Source: a virus (taxonomy: Duplodnaviria; Caudoviricetes). From it: a DNA stretch of 32,297 nucleotides. Positions 6,790 through 15,618 of this stretch are shown here, one piece after another. The notes under the pieces are model-generated. The model had not been told where the DNA came from. It ran no database searches and worked only from the letters and a program-made list of their open reading frames with translations. Position numbers and translations under genes: made by a program. How positions within the stretch are numbered: position 1 is the stretch's first letter; every line of letters starts with the position of its first letter. The stretch is taken from positions 1 through 32,297 of the IMG/VR virus record IMGVR_UViG_3300037501_000026; one strand, given 5' to 3'.

Positions 6790-7338
6790 ATGTATCTAAC
6801 GGAAGATGAGGGCCGGGTGCGCATCGCACATCCGAAGAACCTTGTCAATGCTGTCGTGGAGTTTCGGAGGAAGGCTGGACGGCCCACCGGCTCTACTCGA
6901 CTGTCTCCCGCGGCCCGTGAGATCGTTGCACAAGCGGCTAGGGTTCTCCCCCCTATCGAGGTTGCCGAGGCTTTCGGGATCTCTCGCCGCACCGCCTCGA
7001 ATCTCTCTCGTGGCATCACCTCCAACATGACGAATGGCCGACAGAAGGTCAACGAGGATCTGAAGGACAAGCTCGATCGCGCCAGCGCCGACAGGGCGAA
7101 GGTGATCTCGGGGAAGGCTCTCGACATTTTGATGGCCACCCTTGAGGGCGTTGACCCCACGAAGGTCAAGAGTCAGACTGCGAAGGTTAAGATGGCCAAG
7201 GATCTCGCCACGATCCATGAGAAGATGAATGGGACGGGCCAGCAGGATGGGTTCACCAAAGTCCTGATCTACGCCCCGCGACAGAGGGACATGAAGGAGT
7301 TCGAGATCCTGGACGTTCAGGCGAAGGTAGTGTCATGA
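6790..7338 (+). CDS. HTH protein, probable terminase small subunit
   Basis: GRPTGS followed by an HTH (PIEVAEAFGISRRTAS) and a helical C-terminal part; upstream of terL. ATG 6790 has an AGGTG RBS and lies downstream of the promoter. Confidence 0.6.
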   Translation: MYLTEDEGRVRIAHPKNLVNAVVEFRRKAGRPTGSTRLSPAAREIVAQAARVLPPIEVAEAFGISRRTASNLSRGITSNMTNGRQKVNEDLKDKLDRASADRAKVISGKALDILMATLEGVDPTKVKSQTAKVKMAKDLATIHEKMNGTGQQDGFTKVLIYAPRQRDMKEFEILDVQAKVVS

Positions 7339-7448
7339 TCCTGCACGTCAGCTTCCTAAATAGAACCCTTAGGAAAGGTGATTACCGTGGGACCGGCCGG
7401 CGTCAGGGTCGGGTGATCGGGAGCGTGGATCGCGGGGCTACCCGATGA
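7335..7448 (+). CDS. 37-aa mini-ORF coupling probable terS to terL
   Basis: MILHVSFLNRTLRKGDYRGTGRRQGRVIGSVDRGATR*, with ATGA overlaps at both ends. Confidence 0.35.
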   Translation: MILHVSFLNRTLRKGDYRGTGRRQGRVIGSVDRGATR

Positions 7449-9067
7449 GCACGGTCGAAGTCACGCCTGTCATCGAGAAGGTGTTCAAACCCTTCAAGAG
7501 ACAGGAAGACTTCGTTGGCCTCCCGGATCAGTTCTTTGAGGCGTTCTACGGAGGTGCCGCAGGAGGGGGAAAGTCGGACATCATTGTGATGCTCCCCATC
7601 CTCAGGCAGTTCCACGAGAATCCCAACTACCACGGGATCGTGTTTCGTCGTACATACCCTGAGCTCGAAGCCTCCCTCCTCATGGTGGCCCAAAAGTGGT
7701 ATCCGTATTTTGGGGCCAAATACAACGATCAGAAGCACACGTGGGTCTTCCCATCTGGTGCCGTGCAGAGGTTTTCCTACCTCCAGAGCGATGATGATGC
7801 CCGGTCCCATGACACGGCCCAGTACCACTACATAGGCTTCGATGAGCTGACCCACTTCACGGAGTTCCAGTACACATACATGATCTCGCGGATCAGGCGG
7901 GCGACGCAGGGTCTGCCGACGATCATCAGGAGCGCGAGTAACCCAGGTAACATAGGTCACACATGGGTGCGGAAGCGCTTCGTCGAGCCTTGGCGATGGG
8001 GGTACAAGGGGCTCTTCGACGAGAAGTCGAACACCTACCGTATCTTCATCCCGTCCAAGGCGACGGACAATCCGCACATCATGGATAACGACCCCAACTA
8101 CGTGAACCGTCTGCGTCTGCTTCCAATTGCTGAGCAGAAGTCGAAGATCGATGGTGACTGGTGGGCCTACTCTGGTCAGGTCTTCGACGAGTTCCGGATG
8201 CAGCGTTACCCTGACGAGCCAGAAAACGCTGTCCACCTCTGCCCGTACTTCCCCATACCCCAATGGTGGCCCAAATATATCGCCATTGACTGGGGATACA
8301 CGGCCATGACGGTGGCCTACTGGTTCGCAGTCTCCCCGGACGCGCGCCTCTTTGTGTATAGGGAGTACTCCTGCACGAAGAAGTCTCCTGAGGTCTGGGG
8401 CGCCGACATTCTCAGGGCATCTCAGTTCGATGGGAATATCAAGTTCGCCACGTTAGACCCATCCGCGTGGCAGAACAGGGGTGAGCAGAAGCTCATCTGG
8501 ATGCAGGTCCAAGATGCCCTCGGACATATCGGGGTCAAGCAGGCCGACAACGATCGTGTTGGTGGTAAGCTAGCTATCCATGAGCTTCTCCGCTGGCAAC
8601 CCCGGCCCGTCCGCTACGTCCCGAAGGAAGGGTATCGCGCCGACAGGTACGACCAGATCTTCAGGATGAGTGGGTTGAAAGCTGCGCTGGAGTATAGGAA
8701 GATGTTTGACCCAGAGGTACCGGAGGTCAATCTTCCTAAGCTCCAAATCCTCGAAGGTACTTGTCCTCTCTTGGTGGATGTGATCCCGACTGTCGTCTAC
8801 GAGGATCCGAAGAAGGACGGCAAGCGTCCAGAGGACGTGAAGGAATTCGACGGTGACGACCCTTACGACGCGTTCCGCTACGGGGCGAAGGAGTATGAGT
8901 CCCTCGTCACGGAGTCGACTGGGGTCGGCGAGGAAATTCGTAGAACCTCCGAGATGATGAAGCTGGCTGAGACGGACATGTACAGCTTCTATCGTCAGAT
9001 GGAGAGGAACGAGAAGAAGGGCAAGGGAGATGTCATCCGACCCAATCATCGCCGATTCGGCCGCTGA
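7445..9067 (+). CDS. terL: terminase large subunit
   Basis: Walker A YGGAAGGGKS, VFRRTYPEL, Walker B IGFDELTHF, coupling motif ASNPG, nuclease domain AIDWG...DDPYDAFRYG. Confidence 0.93.
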   Translation: MSTVEVTPVIEKVFKPFKRQEDFVGLPDQFFEAFYGGAAGGGKSDIIVMLPILRQFHENPNYHGIVFRRTYPELEASLLMVAQKWYPYFGAKYNDQKHTWVFPSGAVQRFSYLQSDDDARSHDTAQYHYIGFDELTHFTEFQYTYMISRIRRATQGLPTIIRSASNPGNIGHTWVRKRFVEPWRWGYKGLFDEKSNTYRIFIPSKATDNPHIMDNDPNYVNRLRLLPIAEQKSKIDGDWWAYSGQVFDEFRMQRYPDEPENAVHLCPYFPIPQWWPKYIAIDWGYTAMTVAYWFAVSPDARLFVYREYSCTKKSPEVWGADILRASQFDGNIKFATLDPSAWQNRGEQKLIWMQVQDALGHIGVKQADNDRVGGKLAIHELLRWQPRPVRYVPKEGYRADRYDQIFRMSGLKAALEYRKMFDPEVPEVNLPKLQILEGTCPLLVDVIPTVVYEDPKKDGKRPEDVKEFDGDDPYDAFRYGAKEYESLVTESTGVGEEIRRTSEMMKLAETDMYSFYRQMERNEKKGKGDVIRPNHRRFGR

Positions 9068-9311
9068 TCATCTCTGGAGGCTGGTCGAATCCCTCCAGCG
9101 GGAGAAGGAAGCACTCCGTGCTGAGTCCAAGATGTGGCAGGAGCGTTTCCTCGCCATGACTGGGATGGCTGATCAGACGAGTGAGCCTGTGTCCCTGAGT
9201 GGGGGCCCACTCGGAAAGCACGTTTCGATCATGGGGCTTCGCCACAAGTATGAGGCCCTTGCACGTGAGCGGGCGAAGAAGCTGAAGGGGGAGGGCGATG
9301 ACGCTTCGTGA
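9030..9311 (+). CDS. hypothetical coiled-coil protein (93 aa)
   Basis: GGGAG RBS; overlaps the end of terL and the next gene. Confidence 0.55.
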   Translation: MSSDPIIADSAADHLWRLVESLQREKEALRAESKMWQERFLAMTGMADQTSEPVSLSGGPLGKHVSIMGLRHKYEALARERAKKLKGEGDDAS

Positions 9312-9681
9312 AGCACGCGTCCTCTTCACCAAGTTGGTCGGGCAGCTTCTTGTCCAGATCGATCAGACGGACTGGTCTCGTTATGGGAAGGTTGAGGTTG
9401 CTGTAGATGAATGGACGGTTCACTCCAACCGAATCTACATTGACAACGCTACTGGACAGCGGCGATTCGGTGTTGATCGTATTCATCACCCCAAGGGTTT
9501 CCATCCGCGAGGTCTTGCGTTGGATCTCTTGGTGTACATCAACGGAGCCTACATCACCAGTGGTTCTCATCCAATCTGGCGTGATCTGGATATCATGGCG
9601 CACAAGCTACATCCGGAACTGAACTTTGGTGATGAGTTTCACGACTCCAATCACCTGTCTCTCGGTGAGGTGAAGCGATGA
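9298..9681 (+). CDS. M15-family Zn peptidase (probable endolysin)
   Basis: FHPRGLALD (H-x6-D) and GDEFHDSNHLS (third His ligand). Confidence 0.75.
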   Translation: MTLREARVLFTKLVGQLLVQIDQTDWSRYGKVEVAVDEWTVHSNRIYIDNATGQRRFGVDRIHHPKGFHPRGLALDLLVYINGAYITSGSHPIWRDLDIMAHKLHPELNFGDEFHDSNHLSLGEVKR

Positions 9682-10328
9682 CGAAGACAAAGCTCGGGGC
9701 CATCATCGCGGCCCTAGTGGCATCTGGCATACTCGGCGCCGGCGTCCTCAAGAAATACTGTGAGGTCTTCCCAACGGACGCTGTCTGCCCTGTGGTGAAT
9801 CCGACACCGACCCCACCGACCCCGCCGACGCCGACGCCCGCACCGTTCACCTCGTGCCCAAAGAAGTTCGAGGGTGACGCGGTTTATATGCGGAACAACC
9901 ACTACGGTCAGGGAGTCGACAGCACGGTGTGGATCAGCGGTGATCCGCGCTTCTGCTACATGATCCACGGAGTGGAGGTGAGCCGCTGTCACCTCGAAGG
10001 GTGGGCCAAGAGGTCTGAGTGCGAGATGGAGCTGCTCGGTGGATGTCCGGTGTGGCAGTTCAGGAACGCTGCCTTCCCGGAGCCGCAGCTGTGCAGTGAC
10101 CGAAGCTTCGAAGGTCCTCATATGTCATGCGACCACTTCGGCAGCGTGGAGTTCAGGGACGACCCTAAGACGCCGGCGTTCGAAGGTCAGCCTGCCGAGT
10201 GTGGAAATCAACGCGACCAGTACGGCCCGAACGCGGGGTTCTTCATGATCGCGCACGGCAAGGGAGAGGTTCGTGCGTGCCTTCCGAACTTCACGGGCTG
10301 TGGTCAATGGCGGGCAATCGACAAGTGA
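9678..10328 (+). CDS. exported or membrane-anchored Cys-rich protein with Pro/Thr linker
   Basis: N-terminal hydrophobic helix, PTPTPPTPPTPTPAP linker, many Cys. Confidence 0.7.
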   Translation: MTKTKLGAIIAALVASGILGAGVLKKYCEVFPTDAVCPVVNPTPTPPTPPTPTPAPFTSCPKKFEGDAVYMRNNHYGQGVDSTVWISGDPRFCYMIHGVEVSRCHLEGWAKRSECEMELLGGCPVWQFRNAAFPEPQLCSDRSFEGPHMSCDHFGSVEFRDDPKTPAFEGQPAECGNQRDQYGPNAGFFMIAHGKGEVRACLPNFTGCGQWRAIDK

Positions 10329-10335
10329 GGTAGTC

Positions 10336-10563
10336 ATGGACCTTCTGCAGCAGTTCGTCGCGTTCTTCGAGAAGAGCACGGGCAAGAGCATTTCCCACGC
10401 TCAGTACCACATCGTCAAGGCGATTCTCGCCACCAACGAGGGGCTGATGCTCTTCTCGGGAACGGGTCGGGGCCTCGGGAAGACGACGCTCCTCACGGCT
10501 CTTGAGGCGTTCGCACACATGGAGGAGAGGAAGATCGGTGGATCGGCGGAGGTGAAGAAGTGA
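10336..10563 (+). CDS. 75-aa protein with an isolated Walker A motif
   Basis: GAGG RBS before ATG 10336; sequence contains SHAQ...LMLFSGTGRGLGKTTLL. Confidence 0.55.
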   Translation: MDLLQQFVAFFEKSTGKSISHAQYHIVKAILATNEGLMLFSGTGRGLGKTTLLTALEAFAHMEERKIGGSAEVKK

Positions 10564-10679
10564 AGTTCAAGCTTCTGAAGGCTCTGGTCTGGATCGTCCG
10601 GAACGCTCCGGCGATCATCGAGGTCGTGAAGCAGGCTCGGAAGCGTCACCCGGAGACGCACGCGGAGGCACTCAAGTGA
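10560..10679 (+). CDS. small amphipathic protein (39 aa)
   Basis: MKFKLLKALVWIVRNAPAIIEVVKQARKRHPETHAEALK*; GTGA overlaps at both ends. Confidence 0.5.
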   Translation: MKFKLLKALVWIVRNAPAIIEVVKQARKRHPETHAEALK

Positions 10680-11245
10680 AACCCTCGCTCCCCTACGTTG
10701 AAGTGCGTGCGGGTGACCTGGCCCTCTTCAAGGGGACGTCTATCCTTGGCAAGGTGATTCGTTGGGCACAGTGTACGGGGAGCGAGGCCCCCTCTTGGGC
10801 CAATCACGTCGGGGTGATCGTCAACGACGGCCAGCTGAAGGACGCCATCATTATCGAGTCCCTCTGGAAAACGGAGAAACGCCCCCTCCTTGTCAACCAC
10901 AGAGGAGATGAAATCTCGATTTTTCGTTTCAGAATGCTCACTCCTGAGCAGAAGTACGGTATCGTACGCAAGATGCGTGAGTTCGTTGGGGACACCTACG
11001 GATGGTGGCGCCTGATCCAGCATCTCGTGGACAACCGTATTTGGGGCGGTCGGGTCGTGCTGCGGTGGATCGGGAAGGAAAACCAGAACCGCCCGATCTG
11101 TTCTTACTCGGCGGGGCTTGCCTACGAATTCGTGGACATCACGTTCGGGAAGCCGGCGTTCTCTCTACAGCCTGACGACATGGATGACTGGTGCATGAAC
11201 AACGACCTGCCATGGCAGCCGGTCATCATCCGGGAGAAGCTCTGA
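10676..11245 (+). CDS. permuted papain-like NlpC/P60 (YaeF/YiiX-like) amidase/peptidase
   Basis: AGDLALF, NHVGV (catalytic His), GDTY and ICS (catalytic Cys) appear in the circularly permuted order. Confidence 0.8.
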   Translation: MKPSLPYVEVRAGDLALFKGTSILGKVIRWAQCTGSEAPSWANHVGVIVNDGQLKDAIIIESLWKTEKRPLLVNHRGDEISIFRFRMLTPEQKYGIVRKMREFVGDTYGWWRLIQHLVDNRIWGGRVVLRWIGKENQNRPICSYSAGLAYEFVDITFGKPAFSLQPDDMDDWCMNNDLPWQPVIIREKL

Positions 11246-13506
11246 TGGACACGGACCCTGACGTCAAATATCCGGGGATCTTACAGCCCGGTGTTGACGA
11301 CAAACTGATCGATGCTCTCAAGATGATCGTCGATCAGGTGGAGATGGAGGAACTCACCTCGCAGGATAAGGCCGTTCAAGAGGCCCGCCGGCGTGAGTTC
11401 TATTGGCAGGGGATCCAAGCTGTCTTCTGGGACGAGGTAGCTCGTCGTTACGATGAGATCATTCCTCAGTCCCCGGAAGAGGCTGAGGCACTCGCAAAGA
11501 TCGTCAACGTCTACAAGGCAGATGGTGAGTCCTTTGCTGCTGCCATTGCATCCTCCGTTCCGCAGGTGAGGTTCTTCCCCGCCGACGCTGACAACCCCGA
11601 CGACATCCTGACGGCCAAGGCGCAGACGCGTCTGTCGGAGAAGATCGCGAAGGACAACGAAGCACAGATGCTCATGTTCCAGCTGATGTACACGCTGTGG
11701 ACAGAGCCTTTCGCAGCTGCTCACGTCTCCTATGTCGAGGATCCCTCCTTCGGATACAGGGTTGTTCCACTGTACGAGAAGAAAGAAGCCACGCAGGTAA
11801 CGAGAGTCTGCGGGCAATGTGGGTTCCAGCTTGGGCCTTCAATCGTTCGCGAAGAGAACAATTCGGAGCCTCTCTCTGAGGAGGTTGACCCTGCTCAGGT
11901 GATGGACGTTTGCCCAAACTGCGGAGGGGAAGTTCCGGTCGAGCAAGAGGAGACGATTGAGATCCCCATCGAGACACAGCAGCTTGAGCTTCCTGAAGGA
12001 CGAGCGGTCATCGACATCTATGGGATCTCTCACGTTCGGATTCCCTTCTACAGCAGGAGGCAGGAAGACATCGCGTACCTGTTCCTCGACACCGAGCAGC
12101 ATTACTCCCTCCTTCGTGACATCTTCCCACACTTGAAGGAGAAGATCCTTCCGGGACAGGTCACATCAGCAATGGCTCAGGCCGACTACCGTCGCAGCAG
12201 CATGTCCTCGCGTGAGGCAGAGGTTGCGACATGTAGGCGGGTGTGGCTTCGCCCTTGGGTCTTCGAGATCCTAGACGAGGATACGCACGGAGAGGAGCTG
12301 ACTGCCCTTCGTGATCGATTCAAGGAGGGTGCGCTCCTCTACTACGTGAACGATCTCTTCGCATGTGCCTTCGATGAGGGGATGGATGACCATTGGGTGT
12401 TCACAAAGCACCCGATGTCGAGGTACATTCACAATATCCCGATCGGGGACGCCGTTATCCCCCTGCAGGACATGACGAATGAGGCGACAAACCTCGCTCT
12501 CGATCTGATCCTCAACTCGGTTCCACCCCTGATTGTGAATCCTGAGGTGGTGAATTTCGAGGAGCTGGGTAACACAAGGCAGCTTCCGGGGACGTGGATC
12601 AAGGGGAGACCGAAGATCCCCAACCAGCCCCTCGACAGCTACTTCTACCAGCCCAAGGCACCTACGTTCTCACAGTATCTTCCAAACTTCTTCACGATGC
12701 TCGACGCTCGCCGCCAGCATGTGGGCGGGATCTTCCCCTCCGTCTACGGTGGTGTTCTGACGGGAGGGTCGAAGACGAAGGGTGAGTATGAGCAGTCGAG
12801 AGCTCAAGCCCTTCAGCGGCTCGGAATCGTGTGGAAGATGATCAACGTCTTCTGGCCTAAGGTCATGGAGCGTGCGGTCAGGTGCCTTCGTAAGAACATG
12901 CAGGAGGATATCAAGGACGTTCGCAGGAATGGCAACGATTTCGTGAACGTCTGGATCCGCAAGACTGAGATGTCGGGCAGGACGGGACGGGTGGAGTCGG
13001 AGAGCAGCGAGGAGTTCCCGGTTGCTTGGTCGGCGATCCGGGGGATCCTGATCGAACTCTTGGGTCTTGGTATTCCTCAGGTGAACGAGGCGATCCTCCA
13101 CGCAGAGAACGCGGACTTTGTGAAGAAGGTGATCGGCGTTCCTGAGTTGTATATCCCCGGTGAGGACGACCGCAGATATCAGCTGACGCTCATCCAGCAG
13201 CTTCTCATGTCGCCGCCCTATCCCACAGGCCAGCCGACCATCGCGCCTGATCCCAACCTTGAGGACAACGACGTCTGTATTCAGGTCACGCAGGCGTGGT
13301 TGATGTCCGAGCAGGGTCAGGAAGCGAAGGAGATGAACCCTGCTGGTTACCAGAACGTGCTGGCCCACCTCGCGATGCGCTCCCAGATCCAGCAAATGAT
13401 GATGATGCAGCAGGCACAGCCGGCCGATCCCAACGTCCCATCGCCACAGGGCTCGAAACCAACACCACCGAAGGGACCGTCAGCGGGTCCGCCGGCGGTT
13501 CAGTAG
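11245..13506 (+). CDS. portal protein (P22-like) with Zn-ribbon insertion
   Basis: 753 aa, located after terL; has RFFPA..D.D..TAK, IPLQD..N, PPLIVNP and a Gln/Pro-rich C-terminus. Inserted CGQCG...CPNCG. Confidence 0.8.
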   Translation: MDTDPDVKYPGILQPGVDDKLIDALKMIVDQVEMEELTSQDKAVQEARRREFYWQGIQAVFWDEVARRYDEIIPQSPEEAEALAKIVNVYKADGESFAAAIASSVPQVRFFPADADNPDDILTAKAQTRLSEKIAKDNEAQMLMFQLMYTLWTEPFAAAHVSYVEDPSFGYRVVPLYEKKEATQVTRVCGQCGFQLGPSIVREENNSEPLSEEVDPAQVMDVCPNCGGEVPVEQEETIEIPIETQQLELPEGRAVIDIYGISHVRIPFYSRRQEDIAYLFLDTEQHYSLLRDIFPHLKEKILPGQVTSAMAQADYRRSSMSSREAEVATCRRVWLRPWVFEILDEDTHGEELTALRDRFKEGALLYYVNDLFACAFDEGMDDHWVFTKHPMSRYIHNIPIGDAVIPLQDMTNEATNLALDLILNSVPPLIVNPEVVNFEELGNTRQLPGTWIKGRPKIPNQPLDSYFYQPKAPTFSQYLPNFFTMLDARRQHVGGIFPSVYGGVLTGGSKTKGEYEQSRAQALQRLGIVWKMINVFWPKVMERAVRCLRKNMQEDIKDVRRNGNDFVNVWIRKTEMSGRTGRVESESSEEFPVAWSAIRGILIELLGLGIPQVNEAILHAENADFVKKVIGVPELYIPGEDDRRYQLTLIQQLLMSPPYPTGQPTIAPDPNLEDNDVCIQVTQAWLMSEQGQEAKEMNPAGYQNVLAHLAMRSQIQQMMMMQQAQPADPNVPSPQGSKPTPPKGPSAGPPAVQ

Positions 13507-13515
13507 GAGGTTGAC

Positions 13516-13848
13516 ATGGCTGAGATTCTGTCCCTTGGGGTTGTCACCAAGCTGTTCGATGAGGACTCCGCGGCTGCTCCGGTGAACAGCACGGCTTTCG
13601 CTATTCAGTCCGGTGACAAGGCGAAGGTCATCACGTGGAGAACTTCCTTCGCGTCGGCCCCTTCTGCCTGCTCCATTAAGCTCCAGCAGTCGCTCAACGG
13701 AGTGGACTTCTCAGATCTCGATACCAGCACGGCAACCGCTGGCGAGACGAGAACCACGGGAGTGACGGCGACGATGTTCCTGCGCGCTCGTAAAGAGTCG
13801 CAGACGGGTGGTGGCGCGCTCACGCTTGAGGTGAACGTTGGTGTCTAG
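13516..13848 (+). CDS. putative virion structural protein (beta-rich, 110 aa)
   Basis: GGAGG RBS; IKLQQSLNGVDFSDL motif seen in small phage beta-sandwich proteins. Confidence 0.6.
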   Translation: MAEILSLGVVTKLFDEDSAAAPVNSTAFAIQSGDKAKVITWRTSFASAPSACSIKLQQSLNGVDFSDLDTSTATAGETRTTGVTATMFLRARKESQTGGGALTLEVNVGV

Positions 13849-13990
13849 TTGGTGGAAGAGTCGCATTCGGATGATAGGTGAGGAGAACTATATCCGCCTG
13901 TATCCGAATCCGGGCTTCCGTCTGACTCTGAAGGGTTACGAGTTCAGGTGGAATGTCTTCTACGGCTGGCGTCTTGGGAGGGTTAGGTAA
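13841..13990 (+). CDS. small aromatic/basic protein (49 aa)
   Basis: GAGGTG RBS before GTG 13841; MSSWWKSRIRMIGEENYIRLYPNPGFRLTLKGYEFRWNVFYGWRLGRVR*; TAATG overlap with the next gene. Confidence 0.45.
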   Translation: MSSWWKSRIRMIGEENYIRLYPNPGFRLTLKGYEFRWNVFYGWRLGRVR

Positions 13991-14436
13991 TGGCTCAGTT
14001 TGGCCGGCCAAGTGCGGACACCTACAACAGTGACGGCTGGACCGAGGACGACGGTACCTCCGACGCCCTTTACGGTGAGATCGATGAGACGTCTGCAAAC
14101 GACTCAGACTACATTAGATCTCCGTTGACGCCCACGAGCGATGTCTATGTGTGCAAGCTGTCCAACCTGGAGGATCCTCTCTCCTCCTCGTCGCACACGG
14201 TCAGATATCGTTACTGTAAGGACGCCGCCGGCGGGGATCAGATCGATCTGACTGTCCAGCTTCGACAGGGATACGTCAATGAAGGATCGCCCGGAACCCT
14301 GATCGCCACGGTCGGTACCCACACGGACATCTCGGAGACGTGGACGGCTGGATCTTACACCCTGTCCGCTGGCGAGGCGGATGCGATCACCGACTACACG
14401 TCGCTCTACCTTCGTTTCGTTGCCAACAAGCCCTAG
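13990..14436 (+). CDS. putative virion appendage protein (148 aa)
   Basis: Beta-rich and acidic; RPSAD...W...LY..IDE...DSDYI and ITDYTSLYLRF patterns. Confidence 0.6.
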   Translation: MAQFGRPSADTYNSDGWTEDDGTSDALYGEIDETSANDSDYIRSPLTPTSDVYVCKLSNLEDPLSSSSHTVRYRYCKDAAGGDQIDLTVQLRQGYVNEGSPGTLIATVGTHTDISETWTAGSYTLSAGEADAITDYTSLYLRFVANKP

Positions 14437-14443
14437 GTGAGTT

Positions 14444-14779
14444 ATGGCTGTTTTCGAAGGACCTGAGGTCGATACGGTGGGGACTACCCCACAGACCCTC
14501 GTTACTGCTCCATCGTCTGGTGAGCAGAAGGAGGTCTTTTCGATCATCGGCTGGAATCGAGACAGCGCATCGCGTACACTCGTCGCCAAGAAGGTTGGTG
14601 GTAGCGTTACGCCGATCGAGGTGGGGAAGGCGGTCCTCGATGCTGGTGCACGGGGACAACTCCTGACCGCTGGCGCTGTTGTGCTGGATGGGACTGGTGA
14701 GTCTATTACGGTGGAGTCGGATGCCACTGCAGCCACCAGCGAGCCGCGCATTCACGCAGCTGTGTTCAAGGTGCCATGA
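14444..14779 (+). CDS. putative structural protein (111 aa)
   Basis: Beta-rich small ORF in the late operon; ATGA overlap with the next gene. Confidence 0.6.
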   Translation: MAVFEGPEVDTVGTTPQTLVTAPSSGEQKEVFSIIGWNRDSASRTLVAKKVGGSVTPIEVGKAVLDAGARGQLLTAGAVVLDGTGESITVESDATAATSEPRIHAAVFKVP

Positions 14780-15618
14780 TGAGAAAGATGCTGACGGTCG
14801 GGTTTATCCTCTTCGCCGCGTACGCGATGGGGCAGGTTTACGACGTGAGTGGTCGGCAGGTCGTGAACATCGGTCCAGCTTTGCCCTCTGGTACGAACAA
14901 CATCGGCGATGTGGATATCAGCACGATGCCAAACGTGACCATCGGCACGTTCCCAGACAACGAGCCTTTCAACGTGGCACAGATGAACGGCGTTGCTGTC
15001 ACAATGGGGAATGGCTCGTCTGGTACCGGTGTGCAGAGGGTCACGCTGGCCTCAGACTCCACTGGTAATATCGCAACCATCGGTTCCTCTGTCACACCTG
15101 GGACTGCCGCTGCGAACCTGGGAAAGGCTGAGGACGCTGCTGCCGCCTCTGGTGATACCGGGGTTGCGCTCCTCGTTCAGAGAGAGGATACACCGACATC
15201 AACGGCCAGCGCGAACAACGACTACGTCGTACCAAAGGCAAACGCGTGGGGCCACCAGTTTACTGCGAGCGTCTGCAACGATCCTACCCTTACCACATCA
15301 GCAGCGATCTCTCAGACAGCTCTAAACGGAAACGCTGAGATCGTCGCTCTGACGTCAGGCAACGTCATCTATGTTTGCTCCTACTCGTTTGTTGTGTCTG
15401 CGGCTGCATCCGTCCGTCTCGTCTACGGTACGGGCACCGCGTGCGCAACGGGTGAGACTGGGCTAACTGGTGCGTATCCCTTCGCCGCCAACGGTGGTAT
15501 TGCCATTAGTGGGGGTGCGGTTCTGATGAAGACCGCAGCGAGCAATGCGCTCTGCATCGAAACTAGCACGTCCGTCAACGTCCACGGTCATGTGACCTAT
15601 GCGAAGTACACTCCGTAG
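14776..15618 (+). CDS. signal-peptide-bearing fibre/decoration-like protein (280 aa)
   Basis: MMRKMLTVGFILFAAYAMG signal-like N-terminus; ALPSGTNNIGDVD and GKAEDAAAASGDTGVALL fibre-type segments. Confidence 0.6.
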   Translation: MMRKMLTVGFILFAAYAMGQVYDVSGRQVVNIGPALPSGTNNIGDVDISTMPNVTIGTFPDNEPFNVAQMNGVAVTMGNGSSGTGVQRVTLASDSTGNIATIGSSVTPGTAAANLGKAEDAAAASGDTGVALLVQREDTPTSTASANNDYVVPKANAWGHQFTASVCNDPTLTTSAAISQTALNGNAEIVALTSGNVIYVCSYSFVVSAAASVRLVYGTGTACATGETGLTGAYPFAANGGIAISGGAVLMKTAASNALCIETSTSVNVHGHVTYAKYTP

